Source of the DNA: a virus
Lineage: Duplodnaviria > Caudoviricetes
Strand: one strand, 5' to 3'
DNA length: 54,536 nucleotides
IMG/VR virus record: IMGVR_UViG_3300048895_000171
Span: 1 to 54,536 of that record
Of this stretch, positions 9,541-17,942 are shown in pieces (the stretch's first letter is position 1; each line of letters starts with the position of its first letter). A model generated the notes under the pieces. The model saw nothing but the letters and a program-made list of their open reading frames with translations. It did not search any database and was not told the DNA's origin. The position numbers and the translations under genes were made by a program.

Positions 9541-9819
9541 ATGATTATCAGAGCAAGTATTAACATCACCAAGATCGACAAGTCAAAGCTGTTCGCCGGC
9601 AAGAACGGAACCTACCTGGACATCGCACTGCTGGAGAACCGCAACGGACCGGACCAGTATGGGAACAACTTTATGATCGTCCAGGAAACCACCAAGGAGG
9701 AGCGTGAGAAAGGAATCAAGGGGGCCATCCTTGGAAATGGAAAGTTCGCTGGCGGGCAGCCGGCGGCATCGACTCCTGATGCGGATGCTCCGCCAGAATC
9801 GGACGACGTTCCCTTCTGA
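9541..9819 (+). CDS. putative single-stranded DNA-binding protein
   Basis: Small beta-rich domain (GKNGTYLDI..ILGNGK) with acidic tail ending DDVPF. Confidence 0.6.
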   Translation: MIIRASINITKIDKSKLFAGKNGTYLDIALLENRNGPDQYGNNFMIVQETTKEEREKGIKGAILGNGKFAGGQPAASTPDADAPPESDDVPF

Positions 9820-9835
9820 CGTGGTTGCAAATTAG

Positions 9836-9864
9836 TTGACAAAAGAACGGTGTCACTCTACGGT
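9836..9864 (+). promoter_or_regulatory. sigma70-like promoter
   Basis: TTGACA-17-TACGGT, 8 nt before ATG 9873. Confidence 0.6.
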
Positions 9865-9872
9865 GCCTTCAA

Positions 9873-10016
9873 ATGAGTCCTGACGCATCTCCTGGCGGTT
9901 ACAGCGGTGGCAGCATGGCTGGCTGTGGTTATCCCCAGTCCAAGGTTGACCAAACCCCGCGCTACGACAACAACGTCCGCAAGCGCAAGAAGAAGAAAAA
10001 GAAGGGGGAGAAGTGA
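9873..10016 (+). CDS. 47-aa basic micro-protein (not in the ORF track)
   Basis: MSPDASPGGYSGG...NVRKRKKKKKKGEK directly after a promoter. Confidence 0.55.
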   Translation: MSPDASPGGYSGGSMAGCGYPQSKVDQTPRYDNNVRKRKKKKKKGEK

Positions 10017-10165
10017 TCGAAAAGCCAAAGCATAAGCCATTGCGTCGAATTGTGTGTAGGGTTTGCGGATGTGTGAACCACATGCAGACCGGAATAACAT
10101 CGGTCGGATGCGTTAACGGATGGTGCTCGAGATGTCAGAAAACAACCAATCAAACAGTTCAATGA
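10013..10165 (+). CDS. 50-aa zinc-ribbon micro-protein (not in the ORF track)
   Basis: GTG start overlaps previous stop; CRVC..CSRC; stop overlaps next ATG. Confidence 0.55.
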   Translation: MIEKPKHKPLRRIVCRVCGCVNHMQTGITSVGCVNGWCSRCQKTTNQTVQ

Positions 10166-10389
10166 GCGACGCAGCTCCATTACCGCCGTCCCTGCCTGTG
10201 TATGAGGCTCCTGCCCCCAGGCCGGTGGCACCGATTCCCACCGGACTCAAGATCGAGAAGATGCCTGGGACGATGAACAAAATGATTTCCAAGATGCTTC
10301 CCAAGATCGGGAAGATGAGGATGGCCAAGGTTCCTAAAATGAGCAGGAAGATGGCCGTAGCCAAACCCAAAAAACTGAAAGTAAAATGA
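10162..10389 (+). CDS. Pro-rich then Lys/Met-rich basic small protein
   Basis: ATGA overlap; KMPGTMNKMISKMLPKIGKMRMAKVPKMSRKM. Confidence 0.6.
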   Translation: MSDAAPLPPSLPVYEAPAPRPVAPIPTGLKIEKMPGTMNKMISKMLPKIGKMRMAKVPKMSRKMAVAKPKKLKVK

Positions 10390-10655
10390 AGACTCAAATA
10401 ACAAATCTGGACATCAAGATCGGAAACCGTGAAATTCATCTGACCATGGAGGAAGCCAAGTCGCTGCACTCCGAGCTGTCGGTTCTTTTCCAGCAGACGC
10501 TGTCGCCGGTATTTATCCCGCAGCAACCAATCTTCATCGACCGCAGCACCTGGCCCCAGTGGCCTAATCGGTGGGACATCACATGCCACGCCGGAGAAAG
10601 CTGTGGAGCAGGAGAGCCAAAACAATTTGGAACCCTGTCCATGTCCGTCGGTTAA
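10386..10655 (+). CDS. hypothetical protein
   Basis: 89-aa ORF, ATGA overlap. Confidence 0.6.
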   Translation: MKTQITNLDIKIGNREIHLTMEEAKSLHSELSVLFQQTLSPVFIPQQPIFIDRSTWPQWPNRWDITCHAGESCGAGEPKQFGTLSMSVG

Positions 10656-10671
10656 ATAAAAACAAAATCAA

Positions 10672-10980
10672 ATGAACAAACCAACACCCCGCGCAACATT
10701 CATCCAGTCCGCCGAGTTCGTGAAGCAACACAACACACTGCTCGACAGCGGTGCCTACAACCGTGCTGAAGACACTGCCATCGCCGAGTTCACCCGCGCC
10801 GTGGTCACGCTCGGTGCCAGTCAGGACTTGAACGGTCCCGGTGCCCAGCAGGCCGCCGCTGCCAGCTTCCACATGCTGATGGGGGCTATGCACTATCTCG
10901 AAGTCTTCCGCAAGTTGGCTGAGCCGTATGCCAAGCAGCCGCCGAAGGACAAGATTGAAAGCCTCACATCCCCTAACTGA
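10672..10980 (+). CDS. hypothetical protein (head module)
   Basis: 102-aa ORF with A-rich leader, just before the scaffold. Confidence 0.7.
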   Translation: MNKPTPRATFIQSAEFVKQHNTLLDSGAYNRAEDTAIAEFTRAVVTLGASQDLNGPGAQQAAAASFHMLMGAMHYLEVFRKLAEPYAKQPPKDKIESLTSPN

Positions 10981-10982
10981 TT

Positions 10983-12296
10983 ATGGCAGTCGAAGCACCT
11001 CCCGCTCCAGCCGCGCCGGCTCCTACACCGGCAGCGGCCTCATCCCCGGCCAAGCCCCAGCAACGCGAGATTCAAGTCTCGTCGATGGGGGCCCCTGCCA
11101 CGCCAGCGGCTCCGGCCAAACCTGGCAGCACTAAAGAGTCCATATTCAAGGACCTGGAGAAGCGGGTGAAGCCCGACTCACAGACGTCTGCCAAGGCTGA
11201 CCAACCATCCAAACCGGCAAAGGAACCAGATGAACAAGGAAAAGCCGCCAAGCCTGCTGCGCCAGTGGAAGTATCTGAGGAAGAAGAACCGCCTGCTGGA
11301 GATAGCCCGGTCGGCGATAAGGCTGTTCCCGCCACCGACCCAAAAAAAGGAAAAGTAAGCCCGTGGAAGCTGGTCGAGGAATACAAGGCCAAGCTGGCAG
11401 CGGCCGAGGCCAAGGTTCTGGAGACTGAGAAGCGCGCCATCCCGGAGGACAAGTGGAAGGCAACGACTGAAACCCTCACCGCCAAGGAAAAGCGGCTGGC
11501 CGAACTGGAGGAGGAGATCAAGTTCGTCAACTACCAGAAAAGCGAGCCCTACAAGAAGATGCAGGCCGAATACGAGGGTGCCTGGTCGCGCGCGGTGAGC
11601 AGCCTGTCTGAGATTCAGGTCGAGACCGATGGCGGAAACTCCCGTCCTATGAACGCTGAGGACATACTGGAGCTGGTAAACGCCACCGACGTCAAGGCCA
11701 AGAAACTTGCCATCGAGAAGTATGGGGACATGGAAGGCCTGGTCATGCAGCACCGGGACAAGATTCGACAGTTGTTCGAACATCAGGCATCCGAGGAGCA
11801 GAAGGCTCGTTCCGAAGGCTCCGAGCGGGAGAAGGCTCATACTGAGAAGCAGCAGCGCGAGTTCGGTGAACTGGCAGGAGTGGTCAAGGAAACCTGGAGC
11901 AAGGCCAACTCTGACATCACTGCTGACCCCAAGTATGGAAAGTTCTTCACGCCGGTTGACGGTGACGAGCAGGGCAATCAGCGGCTGGCCAAGGGATTCG
12001 AGCTGGCCGACCGTGCGTTCAGCGAGAACCCGACCGCGCCGGGCCTCACCAAGGAGCAGCGGCAGGAGATCGTGAAGCGTCATGCCGCCGTCCGCAACCG
12101 TGCCGCCGCCTTTGGGAAGCTGGTTTACATGAACCAGCAGAAGGATGCTCAAATCGCCGAGCTAAAAAAACTCGTCGATGAATACAAGGGCAGTGAGCCT
12201 GACACCAGTGGCTCAAAACCCAATGGTGGCAATGGTGAAAAGCGAACGACCATGAGCACTGTGATGGATGATCTTCGGAAGCGCGCGAAGCAGTAA
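10983..12296 (+). CDS. probable capsid scaffolding protein
   Basis: Disordered Pro/Ala N-terminus, charged coiled coil, immediately upstream of the capsid gene. Confidence 0.65.
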   Translation: MAVEAPPAPAAPAPTPAAASSPAKPQQREIQVSSMGAPATPAAPAKPGSTKESIFKDLEKRVKPDSQTSAKADQPSKPAKEPDEQGKAAKPAAPVEVSEEEEPPAGDSPVGDKAVPATDPKKGKVSPWKLVEEYKAKLAAAEAKVLETEKRAIPEDKWKATTETLTAKEKRLAELEEEIKFVNYQKSEPYKKMQAEYEGAWSRAVSSLSEIQVETDGGNSRPMNAEDILELVNATDVKAKKLAIEKYGDMEGLVMQHRDKIRQLFEHQASEEQKARSEGSEREKAHTEKQQREFGELAGVVKETWSKANSDITADPKYGKFFTPVDGDEQGNQRLAKGFELADRAFSENPTAPGLTKEQRQEIVKRHAAVRNRAAAFGKLVYMNQQKDAQIAELKKLVDEYKGSEPDTSGSKPNGGNGEKRTTMSTVMDDLRKRAKQ

Positions 12297-12309
12297 ATAA
12301 CATTTACAT

Positions 12310-12338
12310 TTGACAAGTCGGATGCTCAGGTGTAATTG
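12310..12338 (+). promoter_or_regulatory. putative capsid gene promoter
   Basis: TTGACA at 12310 with a TGTAAT/TAATTG -10-like element. Confidence 0.45.
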
Positions 12339-12339
12339 T

Positions 12340-12461
12340 CTGACATCCGCCATTTTTGTGGCTCCGGCATCTGGACGATGCCAACTGGGTTAGCAGTCCC
12401 TCCCAACTGCATTGCCTGCACGGCATCCAAAGTGCGTTCCGGTTCAAGTCCGTATTGTCGG
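12340..12461 (+). ncRNA. structured 5' leader of the capsid gene with a T-loop-like hairpin
   Basis: Hairpins GCCA/TGGC, GGCATC/GATGCC, GCAGT/ACTGC, GCAC/GTGC and CGG-TTCAAGT-CCG, closable by CTGACA/TGTCGG. Confidence 0.45.
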
Positions 12462-12491
12462 TAAACATCAACAACACAACGAAATAATTTT

Positions 12492-14066
12492 ATGGCATGT
12501 CCAACAGGTATAATCCAGGCCTGCGATTTCCCGCAGTTCCTGGTGGACCAGACGCCGAAGTTCGACGAACTCATCATTGAGGATATTCGTCCGACCGACG
12601 GCTGGCTTCTGAACGTCTCGACTGGCTCGACCCCGATGGGCACGCCGGTTGAAATCACCCAAGACCGGTTCCGTTCCGTCTTCCCCAACACCACGAAGGC
12701 GTGGCGCAAGGTGGTAGCGAATGGACCAGGTTGTAACGGCAATCCTTGTGACCCCCCGGAGCACCAGATCGGTTGGGGCGCGGACCGGCTCACCTACTTC
12801 CTGGAAGCCCAGGAATGGCAGACGCCGCTCCTGTGCTACGACCAGGACATGCACATCACCCATGCCGAGCAGCACATCTCCCAGATCATCTCCGAGATTC
12901 TGCGACCGGCCACGACCTACATCTCCAGCACGTTTCTCCGTAAACGCGCGCTGTTGTGGGCCAAGAAAAAGTGGGCCGCGAACGCCACGATGTCCGACTT
13001 CACCTTCCAGTGGACCCTCGGTGGCCCCAACGGCGACGAGGAAATCTACTTCGATTGCTCGGTTGCGCCGACCAACGTGTATCTCCTGGTTCCGCAGATG
13101 TTGCAGAACCAGTGGAGCCCGCTGATGCGTAATGGTTACGCCGGCAAGAACCCGTTCAAGGACACGGCTCCGTATGTGGAGCTGGTCACGGACATGGACA
13201 CCTGCTGGAGCCTCGACAAGCTGGGCGGTTCCCAGGGCGTCGGCGGCACCCCGAGTGTAAACGGCAACTGGCGCTTCACGGAATGGAGCTCGGCCAACGC
13301 CTACTGGCGCTATGGCTTCTCCGGCCAGATCGGTAACTTCATGGTGCGTGTGGATGAGTTGGGCCTCCGGTTCAACTACGTCACGGACCTGGGTGTCAGC
13401 GCCAATGGTGGCTCCGGCAACCGTTACCGCTACCAGATCGTCCTGCCTTGGGTGAATCAAATCACCAGCGGCGCGGGCGGCGCGGCGGGCCTCGGTTCGA
13501 CGGCCAACACGGCGTTCGACCTGGCGCAATACAGCATCAGCTTCATCTGGCACAAGAAGGCCATGGAGTTGCTCGTCCCCGACAGCGGAACCCTCAATCC
13601 GGAAATGCCCTTTGCTCACCGCGACTTCGCGGGCAAGTGGCAGTTCGTCATGGACAACCTGGGCGCTGACGTGAACGGCATTGCCATCAACAACAAGCGG
13701 CGCAACAAGGGTCAGTTCATCTCTGACTTCCGGTATTATGTCCGGCCGCTCCACACCGAATTCGCTCAGGCGATTTTCCATATGCGTGAACAGTTCTGCA
13801 TCCCGACCATCGGCGTCTGCAACCCGAATCCCGGATACCCGGCTCAGGTTTACAACAGTGCGCTCCCGACCTGCCCGCTGCCGGGCACGGGGACGACCTA
13901 CCCGGCTGGTTGGCCGACTAACAGTGGCCCGATTCCGATTGTGACCACGAACATGACCGTCCAGGGCGTTACCGTCCCGGTGGTTGAAACGCTGAACCCG
14001 GTGCCCGCAGTCAACCATGACTTCGCGCTGCCGCCGGCCACGCCGACCAACCCGCCTGACCAGTAA
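12492..14066 (+). CDS. probable major capsid protein
   Basis: 524 aa after the scaffold, own promoter and terminator, Pro/Thr-rich C-terminal extension. Confidence 0.7.
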   Translation: MACPTGIIQACDFPQFLVDQTPKFDELIIEDIRPTDGWLLNVSTGSTPMGTPVEITQDRFRSVFPNTTKAWRKVVANGPGCNGNPCDPPEHQIGWGADRLTYFLEAQEWQTPLLCYDQDMHITHAEQHISQIISEILRPATTYISSTFLRKRALLWAKKKWAANATMSDFTFQWTLGGPNGDEEIYFDCSVAPTNVYLLVPQMLQNQWSPLMRNGYAGKNPFKDTAPYVELVTDMDTCWSLDKLGGSQGVGGTPSVNGNWRFTEWSSANAYWRYGFSGQIGNFMVRVDELGLRFNYVTDLGVSANGGSGNRYRYQIVLPWVNQITSGAGGAAGLGSTANTAFDLAQYSISFIWHKKAMELLVPDSGTLNPEMPFAHRDFAGKWQFVMDNLGADVNGIAINNKRRNKGQFISDFRYYVRPLHTEFAQAIFHMREQFCIPTIGVCNPNPGYPAQVYNSALPTCPLPGTGTTYPAGWPTNSGPIPIVTTNMTVQGVTVPVVETLNPVPAVNHDFALPPATPTNPPDQ

Positions 14067-14090
14067 GCGGACGGCATTGCTTGACAACAT

Positions 14091-14123
14091 GGCCGCCATA
14101 GGACGAACCTGTGGCGGCCTTTT
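14091..14123 (+). terminator. intrinsic terminator after the capsid gene
   Basis: GGCCGCCATAGG-acgaa-CCTGTGGCGGCC-TTTT. Confidence 0.75.
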
Positions 14124-14167
14124 GCCAGCACCATGAACATCAAAGCAACCGAACCTAAAGGAAACCA

Positions 14168-14464
14168 ATGCCCCAAGATAATTCCAATCTCTATGATGAC
14201 GCACCTGCCCAAGCTGCCGCCCCTGGTGCTGATGACAATGCGAAGCCCAAGGCCGACGAGGGAGCTGAAACATTCATTGCCCCAAAATCAGCCTTCTCAA
14301 AGGAACTGAAGCCGGGCGACAAGTGTGATGTCGAAGTCGTGCAGGTCCACGAGGACAGCATCGAATTCAAAGGCTGCTCCGGTAGTGACGAGCACGAAGA
14401 AATGTCCGACAAACAACCTGAAGCTCCCATGCCTGAAGGCGGGATGAGCTCAATGCTTGAATAA
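14168..14464 (+). CDS. acidic hypothetical protein
   Basis: 98-aa ORF in the structural module. Confidence 0.7.
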   Translation: MPQDNSNLYDDAPAQAAAPGADDNAKPKADEGAETFIAPKSAFSKELKPGDKCDVEVVQVHEDSIEFKGCSGSDEHEEMSDKQPEAPMPEGGMSSMLE

Positions 14465-14467
14465 TTT

Positions 14468-16363
14468 ATGGCCACTGACGCACAAACGCTGTTGGCCAGC
14501 AGCAACTGCTACAACAACTTCTCCGCCCAGTTCGGCCTGCTGAAGCTTGGATTGCTCCGGCAGATCGCGCTGGCATTAAATCCTATGGCTGACACGACAC
14601 CTCAAACACTGCTGGCGAATTCCGTCTGCTACAACTGCTACGGTCCTGGCGCATGGCCGCTCCTGGAGCTGGCACTGCTTCAAACCATCGCCAACAACGG
14701 CGGCGGTGGCGGTGGCTCCGGAACGGGAACCCTGACTGGAAATGGATCTCCTGTGGGGGTTGTCACTCCGGCTGCGATTGGTCAGCTTTACACCGACCCA
14801 GGAACACCGGCGCTGTGGGAGTCCACTGGACTGACCAACACTAGTTGGATTCAGCTCATTCTAGCCATGATTCTTTGCCTTCTCATGCCGATGGCCTCGT
14901 TCGGTGCCGGGGCGACAGTCAGCACGACGAATGGGTTTTCAATAGGCCAGGCTCTTAAAAATCCCGTGGCAACCAACTTGACGGTGGTTGGAGGAATGGG
15001 GCCGCAATCAGACGTTAGCCACGCGACGAATGCTGATAGTGCAACCGTTGCCGGAAGCACGTCAACAGCGGCGTTTGCATTCACTGCAAGAAACGCTGAC
15101 GGCACAGGGACTATACCTCTGGCAAACGACACTCGCGGGATGACAAACACAGGGATAGTTGAATTCGATAATCCAGCAAGCTCATACACTGGAACTCTTT
15201 TTGGGCAGGCAACCGGATTAGTAATACCCGGCAACGGCACAATCAGCTACGTCGTCGGATACGCGGCTGACGGAACTAGCTTGGTTACAAATACTGGTTA
15301 CGCAGCGGGAATGCTTACAAGCAATCTTCTTGCTGTTGCCCCAGCAGTCGGGCAGGCGCTTATTTTTACAAATGGACATTTTGAAGCAGGTAGTCCATCG
15401 GTCACGAGCATCAACGTAACCAACCCGGCGCTTATCGTTCCATCAATGACGGTCACAAATTCAAACAATGCCGGTTCTCCGATTGGATTTGTGGCAAGCA
15501 ACACGGCCTCCGGTGGATTTATTTTTTCCGACCTAAAACTTTACTCAAGCGGTAAGCTGACCGCCGACATCATCGGAGGAACGAACGACACGTCGGCGGC
15601 GCTGGCAGTTGGGTTGGCAAACGGCCTGACTCTGGGAACTGGCATCTCGAATCAAGACATCGGTATGCGGGTTGGATATGCCGCTCTGACGGGCGGAAAT
15701 GCGCCCGGCCCAAACTTCCTGCTTAAAGGCTCAAATGGCAGATTTATTTTTGGCGGGAATCTTACAGCCAGCGCGCTTGACAGTCAGGATTCCGAAATAA
15801 GCGTTAAGCGTGTTCTGGACAATGCTTCGATATTGGATTCCATCTACGCCCATGCCTACGCCGACAACAGCTATTTCAGTCGGACGGGATACGCCGCTTA
15901 TTCCTCGTTTGATTCTAGGACTACATTCATTGGCACAAACAAAATGTGGCACTACGCTGGGTTTCAATCCCTGCCCACATTGACAAATGGATTTTCTGGA
16001 CGGCTCGATAAATTGATCGGGTTCCTTTCAACTCCAAATATATTTGACGGTGTAATAAGCAATTATTACGGATTTCAAGCCCTCGATCTGAACACCAACG
16101 GCGGAACTGGCGGGACAGTATCGAATTCTTACGGGTTTTACACCGCTCCGCTTTTGGTTGCTAGGACGAATTGGGGTGTTTATGTTGAATCAAATAATTC
16201 ATATTTCAACGGTTCGGTTTTGGTAAAAAATATCGTCGTCACTGGCACCAGCAATGCGGCTCCTCCAAACGTCACGGTGGGAACAACTGTGCCGGATGCT
16301 TGGCTTACGGTAACGAATAACGGAGTTGCTGGAAGGGTGCCGTGGTGGAATTTAACTCACTGA
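14468..16363 (+). CDS. putative fiber/decoration protein, Thr/Asn/Gly-rich
   Basis: 39-aa tandem N-terminal repeat, poly-Gly linker, GSPVG..YTD motif, internal hydrophobic segment, beta-rich body. Confidence 0.6.
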   Translation: MATDAQTLLASSNCYNNFSAQFGLLKLGLLRQIALALNPMADTTPQTLLANSVCYNCYGPGAWPLLELALLQTIANNGGGGGGSGTGTLTGNGSPVGVVTPAAIGQLYTDPGTPALWESTGLTNTSWIQLILAMILCLLMPMASFGAGATVSTTNGFSIGQALKNPVATNLTVVGGMGPQSDVSHATNADSATVAGSTSTAAFAFTARNADGTGTIPLANDTRGMTNTGIVEFDNPASSYTGTLFGQATGLVIPGNGTISYVVGYAADGTSLVTNTGYAAGMLTSNLLAVAPAVGQALIFTNGHFEAGSPSVTSINVTNPALIVPSMTVTNSNNAGSPIGFVASNTASGGFIFSDLKLYSSGKLTADIIGGTNDTSAALAVGLANGLTLGTGISNQDIGMRVGYAALTGGNAPGPNFLLKGSNGRFIFGGNLTASALDSQDSEISVKRVLDNASILDSIYAHAYADNSYFSRTGYAAYSSFDSRTTFIGTNKMWHYAGFQSLPTLTNGFSGRLDKLIGFLSTPNIFDGVISNYYGFQALDLNTNGGTGGTVSNSYGFYTAPLLVARTNWGVYVESNNSYFNGSVLVKNIVVTGTSNAAPPNVTVGTTVPDAWLTVTNNGVAGRVPWWNLTH

Positions 16364-16369
16364 CTTTTT

Positions 16370-16564
16370 ATGAACAACAAATCTTGGAGAACAACCGGAA
16401 TTGGAGTCGCCTTGATAATTCTTGGGGCATGGGCGTTCAAGGTGCATTGGGACTCGGCGCAGAGCATTTATTTCAACCTTGTGATGGTGGAGCCTCCGCA
16501 GCTTGCCATCATCGCGGCTGGCTGGCTTGGGCTGCACGCACGCGACCATAAATGCGAGAAATGA
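16370..16564 (+). CDS. small two-TM protein, holin candidate
   Basis: KSWRTTGIG.. two hydrophobic segments ..GLHARD. Confidence 0.55.
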   Translation: MNNKSWRTTGIGVALIILGAWAFKVHWDSAQSIYFNLVMVEPPQLAIIAAGWLGLHARDHKCEK

Positions 16565-16956
16565 AAACAGCAATCCTCTCTCTGTTGGGTGCTGTAGTTC
16601 TGTGCGGATGCGGCCATGACTTCAATCATGGACTTGTGGCGAACAAGATGCCGCCAAGTCCTTTCGGTGTCGTCCAACGAGATAACGGAGCAGGACGCGC
16701 AATCAGCGAAATGCCGGTGTCGCGTCCGGCCACTGAATCACTGCCGGTCAAGCGCATATCAATACCGATCAACTGCCCGTTCACAAACGGATATGTCTAT
16801 CTGTCCGTCAGCACCGATCTGGTTCACTGGAGGCCGTTAGACAATAACATTTACGACGCCAGCCTGCCGCGCGTGCCGGGGACTTACATAACCATTCCGG
16901 GAGGTCTTCCGGCGTGGTTCGCCATGTATGCCCAGACCAACTGGTGTCCTGAATAA
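16561..16956 (+). CDS. predicted lipoprotein
   Basis: MKTAILSLLGAVVLCGC lipobox; contains VSTDLVHW. Confidence 0.6.
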   Translation: MKTAILSLLGAVVLCGCGHDFNHGLVANKMPPSPFGVVQRDNGAGRAISEMPVSRPATESLPVKRISIPINCPFTNGYVYLSVSTDLVHWRPLDNNIYDASLPRVPGTYITIPGGLPAWFAMYAQTNWCPE

Positions 16957-16958
16957 TT

Positions 16959-17171
16959 ATGGCAATATCAAACAGAGAAACTCAGATCGGATGGAGGGTT
17001 GTGGCCTGCGCGCTGGCAACCGTCCTGTGGGCAATTCTGTTTGCCATGCTGTGCTGGGTGGTGCAGAGTGTCGGTGAATTGAAGGCGCAGGTTGCCGTGC
17101 TGAATAATGTTGTTCACATCGGAACCTCGCATTCGTCTGAAGCAAGCCTCATAAAAATATACAAGCCATGA
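16959..17171 (+). CDS. small membrane protein
   Basis: Single long hydrophobic helix followed by a short coiled coil. Confidence 0.55.
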   Translation: MAISNRETQIGWRVVACALATVLWAILFAMLCWVVQSVGELKAQVAVLNNVVHIGTSHSSEASLIKIYKP

Positions 17172-17386
17172 GCACGTTCACCGTCATCCTAAACTTCTTC
17201 TCTGCCTTCATAATTGCAGCAGGCACCTCGTTCGGCTGCGTGCTGATCGGAGGGTCGCCAACAAAATGGCAGATCGTCGGCTGCGTCGTGGCTGGACTTG
17301 TCGTTGCAGCCAAGGACACCAGGAGTTTAATGAAGCTGCCGCCGGTTGATGATTCCACTTCCAAACCCCCAACCCCAAACCCATGA
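17168..17386 (+). CDS. small two-TM protein, holin candidate
   Basis: Two hydrophobic segments, ATGA overlaps. Confidence 0.6.
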   Translation: MSTFTVILNFFSAFIIAAGTSFGCVLIGGSPTKWQIVGCVVAGLVVAAKDTRSLMKLPPVDDSTSKPPTPNP

Positions 17387-17712
17387 GAAATCAAATCGCA
17401 ATCCTCGCACTGTCCATATTCGCTATGGTTGGCTGTGCCATACAATCCCACCAGAAAGTTGAATTCAACACGCTCTACTCGGTTGAGAAGGCGACTACCG
17501 GGGCGTATGACGGCTACATTGAAACGGTGCTGTCCGGCCAGTCCACCACCAACGGAGTTCCACGGGTCAGTTCGGCCTACAACAAGTTCCAGGTTTCATT
17601 AGTGATCGCCCTGGACGCCGTTCAGTTCAACACCAACGCCCTCGCGCCGGCCAGCCTTGTCACCGAGAGCGGTGACGTCATCAATCTCATCAACCAGTTC
17701 AAAAATAAATGA
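17383..17712 (+). CDS. predicted lipoprotein (spanin-like position)
   Basis: MRNQIAILALSIFAMVGC lipobox. Confidence 0.65.
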   Translation: MRNQIAILALSIFAMVGCAIQSHQKVEFNTLYSVEKATTGAYDGYIETVLSGQSTTNGVPRVSSAYNKFQVSLVIALDAVQFNTNALAPASLVTESGDVINLINQFKNK

Positions 17713-17942
17713 AGCCTATGTGGGAAGCACTTATTCCAATCATCGCCCAGGAGGGCATACCTGTCGCCGAAGCCCTGTTCCAGAAATGGGCCAGCGGAAA
17801 AGACCCAACGCAGGCTGACTTTGATGAACTGCGGTCGCTTGGAAACCAACATGCCATTGACCGAATCAAGGCGAAGCTGGTTGCACGGGGGATTCCCCTG
17901 GACTCCGACCAGGCCAAGCAGTTGATCGCATTAGCGAGCTGA
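17709..17942 (+). CDS. hypothetical protein
   Basis: 77-aa ORF, ATGA overlap. Confidence 0.65.
   Translation: MKPMWEALIPIIAQEGIPVAEALFQKWASGKDPTQADFDELRSLGNQHAIDRIKAKLVARGIPLDSDQAKQLIALAS

Noticed and set aside
12468-14273. 601-aa minus-strand ORF opposite the capsid gene
   Set aside because: Antisense shadow with Arg/Val/His-rich non-protein-like composition
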